DNA of 63,995 nt, the filler included, from Thelocarpon superellum (Eukaryota), in NCBI GenBank assembly GCA_026025795.1. It is 5 parts of 5 records of this genome, joined end to end, with 100 filler letters (N's around TTAATTAATTAA, not from the genome) between each part and the next. Parts side by side here need not be neighbours in the genome. Positions count along the whole stretch, not along the records: positions 1 to 13,001 come from JAPEUG010000469.1; positions 13,102 to 26,091 come from JAPEUG010000470.1; 3 more parts are not named here. The stretch is one strand, 5' to 3'. Position numbers and translations under genes: made by a program. Each line of letters starts with the position of its first letter. Position 1 is the first letter of the stretch. The notes under the pieces were generated by a model that saw only the letters and a list, made by a program, of their open reading frames with translations, did no database searches and was not told the DNA's origin. This document shows, piece by piece, positions 11,490-22,813 of this stretch.

Positions 11490-12983
11490 ATGTACCTCCG
11501 TGACATCTTTCTCACCATCGTGTACGCGTTGATCGCGTCCGTGTCCTCAACTTCCTTCCTCACCACCAATGGGCCCCGCTTTGAACTGAACGGGCAGCCG
11601 TACTCCTTTGCCGGGACGAATGTGTATGACGGTGAGTGGTGCCTTTACCCACAGATGACATGACCACGCCACTAACCACAGACGCAGTGGCTTACTTCGG
11701 CGCCAACTACACGGACGCGGTCTTTCAGGTCGTCAGGAAATATGGATATCGCGTGATCCGGTCCGCTCCCGTCTGGCCGTGTTCCACCGTCCCGAGCGAG
11801 AACTGATCACGATAGGCTCTGGGCCTTCTTGGATCACGACCCCATGGTCTCCCCTGCGAACCAGTCGACGTACTTCCAGGCGTGGAATGGCGGGAAACCA
11901 TCAATCAACAATGGGATAAATGGCATCGGCTTGTTGGACGAGGTGGTCCAGCAGGCAGAGGACTATGGGATCAAGTTGATCATGACCTTTACCAAGTATG
12001 GCAGTTCCAGAAAGATGGAAAATGGAGGGCTGGGGGTCTGGCTCATGACGGGCTGACCAGCGATGAATCTAGTAACTGGTCCGACTTCGGCGGCATGGAC
12101 GTCTACGTCAACAACACCGTGGGCTACGGCCAGCCGCACGATCTGTTCTACACCGACCCGCAGATCGCCACATACTACAAGGCGTATGTACAGACGATTG
12201 TGCAAAAATATCGCGAGAGCCCGGCCATCTTTGCGTGGGAACTGGCGAATGAGGTCTACCTCGTCTCCTGGTCATGATATGTCCACCATCTGATTGTTGT
12301 TCACAGGCTCGATGTGCTGGCACAGGGCTGAATCCAACATCTGCGGCTTGCAACCCCGCCGTCCTCACCAAATGGGCGGACATGATGTCGACGTTTGTGA
12401 AATCGATTGACCCTAATCATCTGGTAGATCTCCGCTGTGCTTCTCCTTCCCCCCACTTCGACAGCTGACAAAATCCTCTCCGCAGGTCTCCTTCGGGACA
12501 GAGGGCTACTTCAACCGGCCCAGCACGGCCAACGGCTCGTACCAGTACGACGGATATACGGGCCAAGACTACGACGCGGAGATCAAGCTCCCCAACGTCG
12601 ACTTCGGCACGATCCACCTTTACCCGGAATACACGCCCGACGACACACTAGCCTGGACGCTCACGTTCCTCGACGACCACGAGCTGGCCTCCAAGAGCGC
12701 CAACAAGCCTGCCGTGCTCGAGGAATACGGCATCTCGCGCGACAGCACGCGCTTCAACCGCTCGACGACGTATGCACTGTGGCACAGCGCCGTGTTCAAC
12801 TCGACGACGATCAATGGCGACATGACCTGGGCCACCCTCCAAGTCCCGCACGACGGCGCCACGACCCTGGCAGGCGGACAGGCGAGTTGCCCGGACGGAG
12901 ACGAATATGCCATCTGCCCTACCGACCCGGACTTTGCTGCCGACGTGACGGATTGGATCGTCACGATGAATGGGAAGATGTAG
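11490..12983 (+). CDS. Secreted glycoside hydrolase family 5, GH5_7-like endo-beta-1,4-mannanase, multi-exon
   Basis: Signal peptide [20 protein letters not shown]. Motifs [32 protein letters not shown] (acid/base Glu), [19 protein letters not shown] and LEEYG (nucleophile). Several GT-AG introns. Confidence 0.9.
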
Positions 12984-13001
12984 GGGGACGCGTGAGGGCA
13001 C

Positions 13002-13101
13002 NNNNNNNNNNNNNNNNNNNNNNNNNNNNNNNNNNNNNNNNNNNNTTAATTAATTAANNNNNNNNNNNNNNNNNNNNNNNNNNNNNNNNNNNNNNNNNNN
13101 N
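13002..13101. other. Artificial contig-join spacer (N44-TTAATTAATTAA-N44)
   Basis: Six-frame-stop linker flanked by N runs. The identical structure occurs four times in the window. Confidence 0.97.
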
Positions 13102-13137
13102 TGCCCGTGCAAGCATCCTGCTGATCCACCGTCACAG

Positions 13138-14384
13138 GCATGTTTCCCTTACCTGGTGCGCCGCGGCAACAGCCCATGGACCCAAGCCGGCTGCAAGCCT
13201 TCATGTCCCAGCCCAGTGGCTCGGCCAGCAGCGCGGCGCTTAAGCCCTCCAACGCGCGGCAATCCAAGCGATTGTTCGTACAGAATGTGCCCGCGACCGC
13301 CACCGAGGACAGCATCCTGCAGTTCTTCAATCTGCAGCTAAATGGGCTCAACGTCATCGAAGGCACCGACCCTTGCATCTCTGTCCAGATCTCGCGCGAG
13401 AAGGACTTTGCCTTCTTGGAGTTCAAGGCCCCGAACGACGCCACCGTCGCCCTAGCCTTCGACGGCATCTCTATGGAGGCCGAGGATGCGAGCATGACCA
13501 ACGGCGGAAGCAACGGCAGTGCCGCCCACGGCCTATCCATCCGACGACCCAAGGACTACATCGTGCCCGCCGTCGCCGAGGAGACGGAACGTGAGGAAGG
13601 CGTGGTGTCGACCGTGGTGCCCGACACGCCGCACAAGATCAGCGTCGCCGACATCCCACTCTACCTGACCGACGAGCAGGTCACCGAGCTGCTCGTGTCG
13701 TTTGGCGAGCTGAAGGCCTTTGTCCTAGTGCGTGACCGGAGCACGGAGGAGTCACGGGGGATCGCCTTCTGCGAGTATCTTGATCCGTCCGTGACCGACA
13801 TCGCGGTCGAGGGTCTCAACGGGATGGAGCTCGGCGACAAGCATCTGAAGGTGCAACGCGCCAGCATCGGCATGACGCAGGCTTCGGGGCTCGAGATGGG
13901 CGTCAACGCCATGTCCATGTTGGCCGGCACGACGTCGCAAGACCTCGAGGAGGGCCGCGTGCTCCAGATGCTGAACATGGTCACGCCCGAGGAGCTGATC
14001 GACAACGATGAATATGAAGGTATGTCGCCCCCGCCACCTTGTCCCTGCCACCGCGACGTGCGAGCCGGGTGCTGACCGTCTAGAAATTCTCGAGGATGTC
14101 AAGGAAGAGTGCGAAAAGTTCGGCCCGGTCATGGACCTGAAGGTGCCCCGGCCGACGGGCGGGAGCCGGCAGTCCGCCGGCGTCGGTAAGATCTTTGTCC
14201 GATTCGACGCACCAGAGTCTGCGGGCAAGGCTTTCCGTGCATTGGCAGGACGCAAGTTTGCCGACCGCACCGTCGTCACGACCTTCTTCTCCGAGGTAGG
14301 ATCGATGCACAGGCAGCTCCACTACTCACGAGTACAGACGACTGACGTGTGCCGCAGGAGAATTATGAGGTCAACGCATGGTGA
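13138..14384 (+). CDS. Splicing factor U2AF large subunit (U2AF65 homolog), 5'-truncated by the contig start
   Basis: RRM1 (SRQ-like ARQSKRLFV...FAFLEF), linker LSIRRPKDY, RRM2 (GIAFCEY...GLNGMELGDKHLKVQRAS) and UHM (VLQMLNMVTPEEL...ILEDVKEECEKFG...GVGKIFV...LAGRKFADRTVV). Introns at ~14020-14083 and ~14296-14357. Confidence 0.95.
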
Positions 14385-14886
14385 GGCTCGTCACTCAGCG
14401 GGTGTGGAACCGTGCAAAGCACACTTTCCAATGGGCCAGGATCTGTGAACAACGCTGAGGAGGGCGATGGACGTAGATCAGCTTCTCCTAGGTTGCCCGT
14501 CCAGCAGAGCACGGAGGTCTGCGTACTGGCTCACAGAACCTGGACCAACAACGATCGAAGGGTCCTCGGCATTTTGTAACATTGCCCGCGGAGAGTCATT
14601 GCTCGACTGCCTAGCTCCAATGTCATGGCATATCTTGGACCCGGCCGCCACGTAGAATAGTATGTCTGCAGGGTTGGGAGACGGGGACGAGGATGAGGAC
14701 GAAGAGGCCTTCGCTGATACATGATGAGAAGCTGATGAGTTATGATGGAATGCGAGTGGTGCGCGTGGACGTGGAGATTTGCAAGTATGAGATGGATGAC
14801 GTTGCTGCACACCAGCCCCACCTCGACCGACCTTCCTCCCTCCGTTCATCCTCTCACCTTCCATCCTCCCGTGTGGATCCACCGCT

Positions 14887-17115
14887 ATGGCGACACCACT
14901 CGACGCCATCAAATCCTCATTGCCGCCGACTACCGACCCGCTGACCTTTCTGACCATCCTCGAGTACAACTTGACGCCGGACCTGCTGCCCGACCTGTAC
15001 CAGATCCTCCAAGACCCCACCCTCACCTCCAACATTGGCTGGGACTTGATCAGCCTCCTGACCCCGCTCCTCCCCGCCTCCCGAGAGTGCCTGCAAGAAG
15101 TCGCTCGATTGGGCAATCCTCGAGAATGTGTGCTCAAGGCTACGGAGTGCTTGCGTCAAATCGACTTTGAGAAAGTCTCGGGTTATGAGCCGCTACCTTC
15201 CACCGATGCCGACCCAGCTTCCGCGCCTGCACCCGCATCTGAACCAGCATCTAAGCCCCTGCCCGAGCCTGAGTCTGGCCTCGAGCCTGTCACTGAGGCT
15301 ATCACCGAGGCTGCCACCGAGTCTACCATCGAGCCGACCATCGAGCCTACCACCAAGCCTATCACCAAGCCTGTCCCCGAGTCTGGCCCCGACCCTACCA
15401 CTGAGCCTGCCACCAAGCCTATCACCGAACCAGTCCCCGAGCCTGCCTCCGAGGCCAACCCCGAAGAAGATGCAGAGAGAGAGGAGCCGCCATCCGCAGC
15501 AAAGGTCACTCCGTCGCAAACGCCGCTACTGACCTTCACCGCTCTCCTCGCCGTCCTTTCGACCCTGCATCCCCGCATCAAGTCCGCTCGACCGTCCCGC
15601 TTTCTTTCCTCGACCCTCCAAGCCCTCCTCGCGACCTATACCGATGCCACGCATCATTTGCCCACATCGCAGGTGGATGAAATCACCTCGGAAACCATCC
15701 GCTTCATCAAGTCTGTCTCCGGACGGAAGCGGCCTGTCCTTCCTCCACGACGATCCACCCAGGACATTAAGCCGTCTCGGGAAGCTGGCCCAGACCCCGA
15801 GGCCCAAGATGAATCTCCCTCGGCTGAAGAGCTAGTGCTCACGGAGCGTCTCTTGCAGTCGTTCGTCACCCACATCCTCGAAGACTACGTTCTTTCGCTG
15901 GATGTCATCATGGCCTGGTCCGCTCGATTCGAAGAAAAGACACGGCCGGAAAGAGTCATCTCTGGCCGTCCAAAGTTGAGCCAGAAGTTTGCCACCGACT
16001 CGACACTCCAAGAGCAGGAGTCGACGATTGGACAACTCGTGGCCGTGGCTCAGGATCTGAACTTGTCGAATGAGGATTTAATCCGAAGCATTCTCGGTCC
16101 ATTTCCCGAACCATCGGATGATGACGGCCTTCCGAACCAGCCATCGGACATTCCCTTGTCCAAGACTGGCGCGCTCTTTCTCCTTGCGTCTCGAATCTCG
16201 TCCTCCGTTCTGTTTGGCTCATCCGTCTCGCTCCCAACCCTCTCCATCTTTCCCGAACATGCGGGCCTCTCGAAGACCTTCATTGGCCCGAATGGGGTAG
16301 AAACTATTGGCTCGGAGAACGAAGCCGTGGCCGATGCAGTCATTGTCCTTGGCCGATGGGCAATGTACCGGGGAAAGCTGGGAGAGATGAGTGGTGTCGA
16401 GGAAGAAGACTTTACCAACTACCTCCAGGTATGAACACCGAGATGGCAAGTGGCTCTCTACTCACAACTCCAGATTCTCTCCCTCCTGTCCGCCAACCAC
16501 CCCTCACCGGAGATCCGGTACAGCGCGCACGTGTTATGCTCGTCGGTCCTTCACGCGCAGCCATCCGATCTCACACGTCTGGCGTTCATCCTGGACACGC
16601 TGCAGCACTGTCCATTTGAGAACCTCCGCGGCAGCGCCGTGGGCTGGTTCAAGGATGAGACCTTGACCGCCACGTCGCATGTCTCCGAGGACGGCCCCGT
16701 TTCCGTCTTTGCCACGCCCGTAGCGCTGGAAACGCTCGCACCCTACCTCTACCCGGATCTCGGCCCGGTCCTCGAAACCCCGCCCCTCACCGAGGCATGG
16801 TTTGCGCTCAAATCCAGCCTCTCTTTCCACCTCGCCGCGCTCAACCTGCACTACCTCTTCCTCACCGCCTCCCATCTGCACGCACTGCTCAAGATCCCTA
16901 CGCTCTTCCGTACGCACGACATCAAAGCCAGCTATCTCGACCCGCTCCAGCGCTCGACCGACCGTTTCCGTGAGAGTCTCGCCAGTGGCGCTGGCCCGCT
17001 CCTGGATGAAGAAGGCCCCGAGGGCGTTCAAATGGCAGTTGCGGATTTACAGCTACTGCAGAATGTGTTGGCTCGGGTGTGGGAGAAAATGAATCGGCAG
17101 GATGTGTCTGAATGA
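14887..17115 (+). CDS. YAP-binding/ALF4/glomulin (DUF1760, Ybp1-like) family protein
   Basis: N-terminal LPPTTDPLTFLTILEYNL...IGWDL...ARLGNPRE motifs typical of fungal DUF1760 proteins. A 45-nt intron (16429-16473) joins to an exon with HPSPEIRY...CPFENLRGSAVGWFKDE. Confidence 0.8.
15210..15462 (+). repeat. Degenerate 12-nt coding repeat giving an E/P/T/K-rich low-complexity insert
   Basis: Recurrent gagcct/aagcct-nnnacc units; protein EPTIEPTTKPITKPVPE...EPATKPITEPVPE. Confidence 0.8.
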
Positions 17116-18500
17116 TAGATGATGGATGATTGATCTCCTTGTTGACCTCCTTTTTTTCCCCTCTTCTCTGGTCGGCTCGGCTCATTCCTTGATTAAAATG
17201 TGGCAGCGAACGAAATCCACGATATGAGATGAAATGGAATAAGAAGTGAACAAGGCCTGATTCTACCCACGATATGATATGACACGACATGGCAAGAGGA
17301 ATCCACTGACCCAGAACCCATCTCCACCAGGCACACAATTGCTTTTCTTTCTTTTACTCTACTCTACGTATATGTTCACATGCGTGCAGAATTCTCCGTA
17401 GCTACGTGTTCACGTTGATCGCCAGGCTGGTCAGGTAGATTGGGCTGGGTTGGTTGGTGAAATGAGGCAGTCATGGTAGGTAGGTAGGCTAGCTAGGTCG
17501 TGAGAAGTAGAGACAGAAAGTGCATTTCCCTTGGAATGGATCTCATCTCATCTCATCTCATCTCCGCTGCTTCTCCCTCTTCTCCCGTTGTGCCGCCCCG
17601 TCCGTTGACCATCCACTACCCTCGCCACTGCCACTGCCACCGTCACCCTTTTTTCTGTCTGTGTCGCCGCATCGAAAGGGGTCAAAAGGGAAAGTCACGA
17701 AAGGGGTGCAGGAGGAGCACGAGGAGGAGGAGCAGAAGCATGCAAACGAAGCAGAAAAGGGAATGAGACGGAATGGGAGCACTTCGTAACGTCCGCGCTC
17801 GTTGCTTGCTCGCTCGCTCGCTTTGTCCCTCGCTGTCTGCTTTGCTCTTCCTCGCTCGTGCCCTGCGTTCCTTTTGGGGGAAGAAGATGAAGGGGGTGCC
17901 ACACTGGTAGCAGATAAAGAAGAAAAAGAAGTCGTCGTCCGCCCGTCCACTATCCGTCCGTCTGTCCGTCTGATCCCAGGCCCCCCACTTGGCGGTCCCA
18001 GCTGCTTGTCGGAGCTCTCGAGGCTGAGGTGCACCGTCCCGCACTACGCTTTGCTGGTTCGTAATCGTAAAGGTGTAGTCGTGAGTGTGCACCGTGCTGC
18101 TCGAGGTCCGTGGTTTTCTTCCTCTCTCCGTCACCTCCTCCTCCTCCGTCTCTATCTCTGACTCTCGCGATGGGCTTGCGCGCTAATTGGCTCGCATGGT
18201 GGTGGGTTGATATCGTCGTCGCTCTCGCTCTGTCTTTTGCAGGTTCGTCGTGGGGATTGATGTTTCGAACTTGTGCTCTGCTTCATGGGCTTGTCGAAGT
18301 GAAGCTGGCATCGTTGTTGTCGAAGCAATGGATGACCGAAGGCGAGGAGAGATGGAGGACGAGTAGATGAAGTCATGGACATGCACGCGCGAAACCCAGA
18401 GAGTCAGAGGATGCAAGAGCGAGAAGAGGAGAGGAGACAAGAGAAGAGAAGAAGATGATATGTGCTGAGGTGGGAGGGAGGGTGCGATGACAGAGGGCGT

Positions 18501-18701
18501 CTACATGACGCAGCAACCCCAGCCGGGTTGACCTGGGAATGAGAGAAGAGTCACGGTTAGTTGGAGATTGAGCGTGGACAGGAGAAGGGATGGGTGATAG
18601 GAGGGAAGGATGGAATCGATCCACTCACTCTGAGAGTCAACGGGCTTTGGGGAATCGTTCTGAGCGGCCGAGGCCGTGGCGGTGACGGTGACTGGAGACA
18701 T
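18501..18701 (-). CDS. Candidate a-factor-type lipopeptide mating pheromone precursor (34 aa spliced, C-terminal CaaX), mfa-1/ppg2-like
   Basis: ATG at 18701 in a good context (CAAAACAATCAAGAATG). Intron 18533-18628 (GTGAGT...CTAAC...CCCAG). Spliced product is MSPVTVTATASAAQNDSPKPVDSQSQPGWGCCVM*. TATA box upstream; cyanase on the same contig. Confidence 0.8.
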   Translation of the reverse strand: MSPVTVTATASAAQNDSPKPVDSQSEWIDSILPSYHPSLLLSTLNLQLTVTLLSFPGQPGWGCCVM

Positions 18702-18731
18702 TCTTGATTGTTTTGTAGAGCGTGAGAAACC

Positions 18732-18891
18732 CTGAAGTGATGATGGTGATCGTCGTCAGAGTGCTGTGCAAACTTGAATATGGAGTGCTGCGCCAAGGTA
18801 GTTGTGGTGGGCACGTTTTCACAGAGAAGGGGCGCGGAGGATCGGCTGTGGTGTGGAAGAAGGATGGAGGAGGAGAAGTGGAAGCACTTAC
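18732..18891 (-). other. Probable 5'-UTR intron of the pheromone transcript
   Basis: Strong AG|GTAAGT donor at 18891. CTGAC branch point at 18755-18759 and CAG acceptor at 18732; an alternative acceptor lies at 18764. Confidence 0.5.
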
Positions 18892-18981
18892 TAGAAGGCC
18901 TTTGTGGGATTGCTGTTGTGCGGCTGGGTGGTTGTGACGGTGCTGTGAGTGAATCCAGCAAGAGGGCAGTCTGTCAAAGGG

Positions 18982-18989
18982 CTTTTATA
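18982..18989 (-). promoter_or_regulatory. TATA box (TATAAAAG) of the candidate pheromone gene
   Basis: Plus-strand cttttata. Canonical TATAAAAG in a GC-rich genome, ~280 nt upstream of the ATG and upstream of the UTR intron. Confidence 0.7.
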
Positions 18990-19163
18990 AGTAAGCTCGA
19001 CGCTTGGAAGACCCTTCAGATCTCGAGTTATCCAGAGCGGGATACATATTCACGGTTCATGTGACTCAAGTGACGGGTGAACAGCGGCAGATCTTTCGAG
19101 ACTAAGAGATGAATGACGGTAGCGGCTGTCTTAGTATTGTACCTGCTTCATATTGTTGCGGGC

Positions 19164-19415
19164 ATCAAAGATGAGGATTCGGAGATTCTTTGATCGTCGA
19201 GTCCGCCTGACCATCAATGCTCTTGCAAAGCAACAAAGAGAGGGTTCTGGATCACGGCGGTTGAGGCATATGTTCACGCGGCACCTGCGACTTCGAAGCC
19301 TCTTCCCGCTGCCCAGTTTCTGCACCCTGATGCATGGTGTCTTCCCGTCTATCTCGCCACCACGTGTCTAGACCCGGGCGGCCTGCTAGCTGACGAAAGA
19401 TTGGGGCGATCAAAG
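19164..19415. promoter_or_regulatory. Cluster of HMG-box-type (A/T)CAAAG motifs upstream of the pheromone gene
   Basis: ATCAAAG at 19164-19170, CTTTGAT at 19188-19194, AACAAAG at 19232-19238 and ATCAAAG at 19409-19415. Confidence 0.55.
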
Positions 19416-20183
19416 AAATAGTTCGGGTCAATCGAGCATAGCGGAATCGATGTGCACCATTCGACGCTCTCGATCTCATCGCATGCCGCGGGACGCAGGA
19501 AAGATGGGCATGGAGCTCCATTTTCTTCTGCTAGACCAGCTGACTTCAGTCGAGACCATAAGAGCATTCAGCCTGGAACAGCCACAGCACGGGCCAAGGC
19601 AAAAGGTCACGGATGTCCCGACTACCTACCCGACCGGTGGTCTAGGTAGCATTCGAGGCATACACATACACATAGAAGCGTCTGATGACCACCCAGTGCG
19701 GCTGGTAGATCTCGTGCAGTCGATAGTGCGGAAGCGGCTCGTAGTTCCAGCCAAGCAAGCTCTCGGCCACCCATCCGTCCATCCATCACGACACTTGTGG
19801 ATGAATGGACGTTCAAGGTTGAGGAGGGTTGGAGGCGAGTCCAATTCAAAGCTGACATCAGCATGGCCACCATCCCGCTCGAGTAAGGCCAATCTTCGGC
19901 AGCCAATCAATGCCGATCTACTCCCCTCTTCTTCACCACGCTACACGGCCATCTGTCCGATATTGTCGTGTTCATCATCTAGATCGATCGCGGTCCAGGC
20001 ACGACCGTCATGTCACGTCTAGCAGAGTGGCCGCGATACGCTGAGATAGTCGTGGAAAGGATGTATGAAATATGTACTATGAGGAGAAAAATAAAAGTGA
20101 CCGCGTCGGTCATACAGAGAGAGATCAGGCGTGACAGCTGGTCGAACGGCGTCCTTCCTCCTCTTGTATGTACATGAGGTCGA

Positions 20184-22054
20184 CTATGATCGCCCTAGGC
20201 CTCGTCGCCGCCTTCTGTATCCTGGACTAATCGAAGCTCCCAGTGGCACGGGCTGCTGCGGAATGGCGCCAATGGGGCTGGTAAGGACCCTCGAGGGTGT
20301 GACGAAGATGACATATTGCCCGTCCAACTCGGTGATGCTGGGAATCCGGATCCGATCTTCGGTAAGTTCCAAGACGAATTGATTATCCGGTTCCAGGGGT
20401 TGGTACACGCCCGTCGAGTCTCGGTCCCGCCGAGCGACGACGAGCTGCGTGGTCGGCGACGCTCCTCCAGGGAGCATGTTGGACAACATCATGCGATTGA
20501 CTACGGGCGTGCATGGTCAGCGTGGGCTCTTGCCAAAAGTCCATGCCGCGCACATACAGGGAAATCGGATTTCGGCCGCTTGCACTTCACCATTCGTCGC
20601 GGTACTGTTGATCTTCCATGCGAACGAGTCTAGCCGGGTCAGTCACAGCTAGGGACGCGAGGGGAGAAGACCGACTGAGAGACTGAACCCCCGGCGGCAG
20701 GCTCGCCGCATCGACGCCGTACTCCAGGTCGACGTTGAAAGTAAAGGTATTGGCCGATGTGATGGAAAGGCGCAGGCCGTCGATGAACTCGCTGTCCTGC
20801 CTGCCCGGGCCCCCTATCACGTTCACCGTGCGGGCATCACCGAAGCCGTACTGCATGAAGATGTTGCTGGTGTCTTGGGTCTTGCGGCCCAACAGCAGGT
20901 ACTCTCCGTCCAGCGATGTCATCTTGACGATTTGTGCCTTTTGCTCCGAGCTGCATCGTCAGTTAGCAGTTGACCTACCCTCTTCACACCACCCGGTCTA
21001 CCCACATGTGCACATTTCGTTGCGGCTCGGACACGACCCATGACGTTCGATCGTCCGAGAGTTTTCCGACATACGTGTTGGATGGGTCGACGCCCATCTG
21101 GGCGAGGGCGCTGGGGTCGTAAGGAAGCTCGATCTTGGCAATGAGGTCATACGCCGGCTCGCTCATCTGGACGATGTAGGAGTAGGGATGCACGGCCACC
21201 CAGGGCTCGCCGCTCGAACCCGTCACGAAGCTGGCCGCGAGGGGCGAGTTGTTTTGCGTCACGACCAGAGTCCGGTTGCTGGGAGAGAGCAGGTCGAGCG
21301 CCAGGCCGTCCTGGAAATGTTGATCCGTCCGCTCCATCTGCACGGCGTCAATGTCCGACCACGTCTGCCTTGGACGAATGACACGTACCTGACCAAGTAC
21401 CTCGATGGTGTCGCCAAAGTTGGCCACCGCGGGATCATTTGCCAGCGGGGATGGACCCGGCGGTCCAGGCGCTACGGTCACGACCGTGGTTGGCACTCCC
21501 GGAGCTTCTGTTACCACTGTAGCTGGCGCTCCCAGAGGCTCTGTCACCACCGTAGTAAGCGATCCCGGAGTCTCTGTCACCACAGTAGTAAGCGATTCCG
21601 GAGCTGCCGTGACTACTGTCGTCGGCGGCGCCGGAGCGGCTGGCGGGGGAGGTGGGGGTGCCGGAGGCGAGGGCGCTGGCGCTGGCGCTGGCGACGCCAA
21701 AACTGGAGGTATTGGGGCAATTGGCGCGGGGGCAATCGGTGCCGGTGCGGGCGTCGGTGTCCCTGACGATGTGGGGACCGTCGTCGGTGGCACCAGCGTT
21801 GCCGGCACTGGCGATGGCGTGCCGGTGGAGAGCGTGAGTGGGGCCACCGCGGTACCGGGCCCGCCACCCACGGTGATAGGGGAGAGCGCCATGGGCGCCC
21901 CGGTCAAGCCTGTCAAAACTAGGACGGAGGTGCCGCCGGGAAGGGTATTAAAGGTCTCTTGCGCCATTACGACTTGCGCACCGCACAAGAAGGCCCAAGA
22001 CAGGGCAGTAGGAAGGGAGGCGCGGATGCGCCATAAGGAGGGGACCAGCCCCAT
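20184..22054 (-). CDS. Secreted Pro/Thr-rich protein with a conserved-looking uncharacterised C-terminal domain, 4 exons
   Basis: ATG at 22054 with a signal-like N-terminus and Pro/Thr repeats. Globular part DLIAKIELPYDP...NTYVGKL...SWVV...KMTSLDGEYLLLGR...SFAWKIN. Three GT-AG introns keep the frame to the stop at 20184. Confidence 0.75.
21470..21625 (-). repeat. Coding tandem repeat, 5 x 11 aa (TTVVT[A/E/V]xP[E/G]xx)
   Basis: PTTVVTAAPESLTTVVTETPGSLTTVVTEPLGAPATVVTEAPGVPTTVVTVAPG in the translation. Confidence 0.85.
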
Positions 22055-22780
22055 GACGAAATGAAGCAGAAAGGAGAGGAAGAGGAAGCGCCTCGTCACT
22101 ACATTCTCGTCACCTCATCCTGGCGAACCTGGAAAGGTTGGGCACGGAGAGAAGGCCATGTGGAGGACCACATGTATATAACGGCGCATGAGCCGGTGAG
22201 GTTCCAGGTCTGGCATGGGCCTAACGGGGCTCCATGTTTATCGCTTCTCTGGCCCTCCCTGGCTAGGCGGCCAAAGGTGATGTCGTGGCGTGTCTGGCCA
22301 TTTCTCTCGGCGAGGCCCTTTCCGGCCTATCTCACCTCTGTCGCTGCGGAGGAGATCTGGTTTGACAGCCCGATGGGGCCCAATGGGCTTTGGTGGGGGA
22401 GCGTCCCTGTCTCCTTCGTTGCCCGTATCAGCTGTCCGTCGCAGACGTGGCATGCGGTTTCATCTTGGACGCGCGACTACTTTCTACCCACGCCTCGAGA
22501 AGGTACCGTCCCTTCGAGAATAACTAGCGTAAGTATGCATGATTGACGTCTGGCCTTTAGAGTCACACCTGAAGTGATACGAAATGCACCTTCGGTCATG
22601 GCTATCTCGCGCTTCGCTCCACGTGAGGCGTGTCGTGAGGTGCCGGTCCAGCATCACACCCGTCGCTCCATTCCGGTCGAGCGGGCACGGAAGAAGCCGG
22701 GGCAAGAGGGAAGCCCCCACTCATAATTCGAGTACTCCGCTTGTGGGGCTCGCTGCGCGTTCCTAAACTGACAGGCTCCA

Positions 22781-22813
22781 GCTACCAGCCTGCCTAGTAG
22801 ACAGGCTGGTAGC
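22781..22813. repeat. 12-bp perfect inverted repeat (GCTACCAGCCTG-N9-CAGGCTGGTAGC)
   Basis: The arms are exact reverse complements. It lies in the intergenic region between two divergent genes. Confidence 0.85.

Noticed and set aside
13046..13057. TTAATTAATTAA palindrome as a biological site
   Set aside because: Synthetic six-frame-stop linker, repeated identically inside the N runs.
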